This document shows positions 18,099 through 20,000 of a stretch of 20,000 bases of DNA, one piece after another (position 1 is the first letter of the stretch; every line of letters starts with the position of its first letter). The position numbers and the translations under genes are program-made. The notes beneath the pieces were generated by a model. It saw nothing but the letters and a program-made list of their open reading frames with translations. It did no database searches and was not told the DNA's origin. The stretch comes from Craspedostauros australis (Eukaryota). The stretch is from contig JALAGF010003564.1 of the NCBI GenBank assembly GCA_030167865.1, forward strand, positions 57,740-77,739, in the 5' to 3' direction.

Positions 18099-20000
18099 TT
18101 AATCGTCATCAAAGTAGTAGTAATCATCATCGTCAATGAAGGCAAAATCGTCTATGTTGTTTGCATTGTCGTCTTCGCCATGGATCAACCCGACATAGTG
18201 CGCGTCCGTCTTCTTGTGCGGATCGCGGGCAGCTTCAAGTTTGTTCATCAATTCTGGTAGGATCCCCATCCCGTCGATTGGGAAAGATGCATACGGCGCA
18301 CGCCCAATTTCCTTCTCCTCATTCACGGCGTGTGGGGCGTCCTCTCGAGGGGCGTCTTCTTGAGGGGCGTCTTCTGCATTCCCATTGTATGTATCTGGCA
18401 GCTTCTTGTACGCCAAGCAGTACAGACCAGTCTTCCCGAAAGGAATCTGGAGGAGCTCATCGCACACTCTGTCCTTGTTTTGGCGGATCTCCTCGGAGTC
18501 GAGTTCGTAGCCATCGGCGCGGATCTTGCTTTGGATGAAGATGGTGTACAGCGCGTGATCCACCAACTCTGATTTGTCTGCATTCCACTTCGCACCGATG
18601 AATGAGACGCTTCCATCTGCGAGATTGCTGTCACTCCCAGCCACAGTCGCAAGGGCGGGGAAGCATGATTCTGGTCCATCTCCCTTATTGTCTGCCAACT
18701 GTTGAAGACCTTCCATCAGATGTTTGTCTATGAACAGGGTCTCCACGTTCGCTGTTGCCGCTTCCGCGAGATCAAGGTCCCGCTTTTCCACGCTGGAGAG
18801 GTCGCATGGAACATCACCATCACTTGGTGTGACCATGATTCCCTTCAGCTTATCCCAGTCGCCTATCGTCTCAGTATCCCCGTGTTCGTCTCGCTTGTTC
18901 AACCACATCGCGGATTTCTGAAAGTACATCCCATCCAAGGCGAGATCGCATTCGGTTGAGACAGGAATCACGTCTTTGAACGCCTCCCACGCCTCTTTGA
19001 TCTCCTTGTCAACATGTTCGGCTGTGTCGTCGCCATCGTTGGTGTAACCTCTCAGGAACATCTTGAGGCTCTTTGTCAAGATGTGGTGCACGTCTTTGCG
19101 TTTCTTCTCCTCGATGGTCATGGCTGCTGAAATGGCACACCTCGCAAGCTGGGTTGACATCACCTCGAACCCAAATGAATGGGCTCCCAACAACGCATCA
19201 GTGTCCTTCGTCCATGGTCCACTGTTCGCAAGCCAGATGCACAGCAGCCGCATCACGTCCTTCATGATGAACGGTTGTGATAGTGTTTGTGTTTGGGTCC
19301 ACTTGCCCGTAAACTCTGCCTGTAGCACGATCCCGTACTTGCGAACGAGACGCTGTATATTCGTTAGCCAGCGATTGCCCTCGGCAGGAACAACTGCAGT
19401 GGTCTCATGGAACGCACTGTAGAAGTCATAGAATGAAGGGCCGTAGCTGAGCGTCATTGCCTTCGCTTGTGCCGTCGTGTCATTGGCGGGTAATTCGAAG
19501 GGCTCTGGATAGAGAAGCACCGCAAAGGCTTGCGATATTGCAGCCATCCGGTCCTTTGCTGCATAGATACCAAGTATGCGGAGTTCATCATCTTGTATTC
19601 CTTTATGGTAGCTCCACAGCGAGTCCATTCCATTCGAATTGATGAACCCCTCGAAAACCGAATACATCAGTCGGATCTCATCATCTGGATCGTTGTACCG
19701 GAGCGGTAAATGAAACATATCACCGATCAAGATAGAAACCATCCGTGCATTGCCCTGGGCGATGATTCCCAGGAATGTCCGCGTCTTCAGATCCTCGAAT
19801 GTCGCGATGTTCTTGTATCCAGCACTGCTCTCCTTATACTCAGATCTGAGTGTCTCGTACAGCTCGCTGGTGACTGTGTTGCCGCTGGGTTTGAGGCACT
19901 TGTAGTGTGCTTGTTTGGATCCAATTGTGCCCCCATACGCACCTGTGCCGGCGACAGAGAACACAACACGGATGGGTCGGTCCGTTTTGAACTTCTCGTC
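18099..20000 (-). CDS. 5'-truncated protein (>=633 aa), putative Crinkler/RHS-like NTPase + restriction-endonuclease-fold nuclease
   Basis: The frame is open from the window edge (DEKFKTDRPIRVVFSVAGTG...) to TAA 18099-18101 and has globular composition, so coding status is solid. The product is inferred from motifs hhhhAGTG, GNAR, GFE, AD and IFIQSK and is less certain. Confidence 0.8.
   Translation of the reverse strand, partial: DEKFKTDRPIRVVFSVAGTGAYGGTIGSKQAHYKCLKPSGNTVTSELYETLRSEYKESSAGYKNIATFEDLKTRTFLGIIAQGNARMVSILIGDMFHLPLRYNDPDDEIRLMYSVFEGFINSNGMDSLWSYHKGIQDDELRILGIYAAKDRMAAISQAFAVLLYPEPFELPANDTTAQAKAMTLSYGPSFYDFYSAFHETTAVVPAEGNRWLTNIQRLVRKYGIVLQAEFTGKWTQTQTLSQPFIMKDVMRLLCIWLANSGPWTKDTDALLGAHSFGFEVMSTQLARCAISAAMTIEEKKRKDVHHILTKSLKMFLRGYTNDGDDTAEHVDKEIKEAWEAFKDVIPVSTECDLALDGMYFQKSAMWLNKRDEHGDTETIGDWDKLKGIMVTPSDGDVPCDLSSVEKRDLDLAEAATANVETLFIDKHLMEGLQQLADNKGDGPESCFPALATVAGSDSNLADGSVSFIGAKWNADKSELVDHALYTIFIQSKIRADGYELDSEEIRQNKDRVCDELLQIPFGKTGLYCLAYKKLPDTYNGNAEDAPQEDAPREDAPHAVNEEKEIGRAPYASFPIDGMGILPELMNKLEAARDPHKKTDAHYVGLIHGEDDNANNIDDFAFIDDDDYYYFDDD
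18330..18374. repeat. 15-bp tandem repeat x3 encoding EDAPQ-EDAPR-EDAPH
   Basis: gtgtggggcgtcctc / tcgaggggcgtcttc / ttgaggggcgtcttc. Confidence 0.9.

Overview
Eukaryotic, most likely diatom, genomic window (inferred from the DUF6824 gene and compact intronless genes) with three well-supported genes. (1) A ~9-kb uninterrupted BRCA2 homologue on the minus strand (stop 3453; likely start ATG 12452, ~2999 aa). It has an N-terminal RanBP2/NZF-type zinc finger, 10 canonical plus 1 degenerate BRC repeats, a helical-OB1-OB2/tower-OB3 DNA-binding domain and an apparent extra RPA70C-like C-terminal OB fold. (2) A divergently oriented DUF6824 protein (15251-17623, +) with His/Pro/Gln-rich tracts and two MIU-like ubiquitin-binding helices. 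(3) A 5'-truncated minus-strand ORF (18099->20000) whose motifs suggest a Crinkler/RHS-type NTPase + PD-(D/E)xK nuclease. The BRCA2 upstream region carries three E2F consensus sites, many AACGG (MSA/MYB3R-like) cores and a cluster of short palindromes. Positions 1-3450 contain no gene I can recognise.
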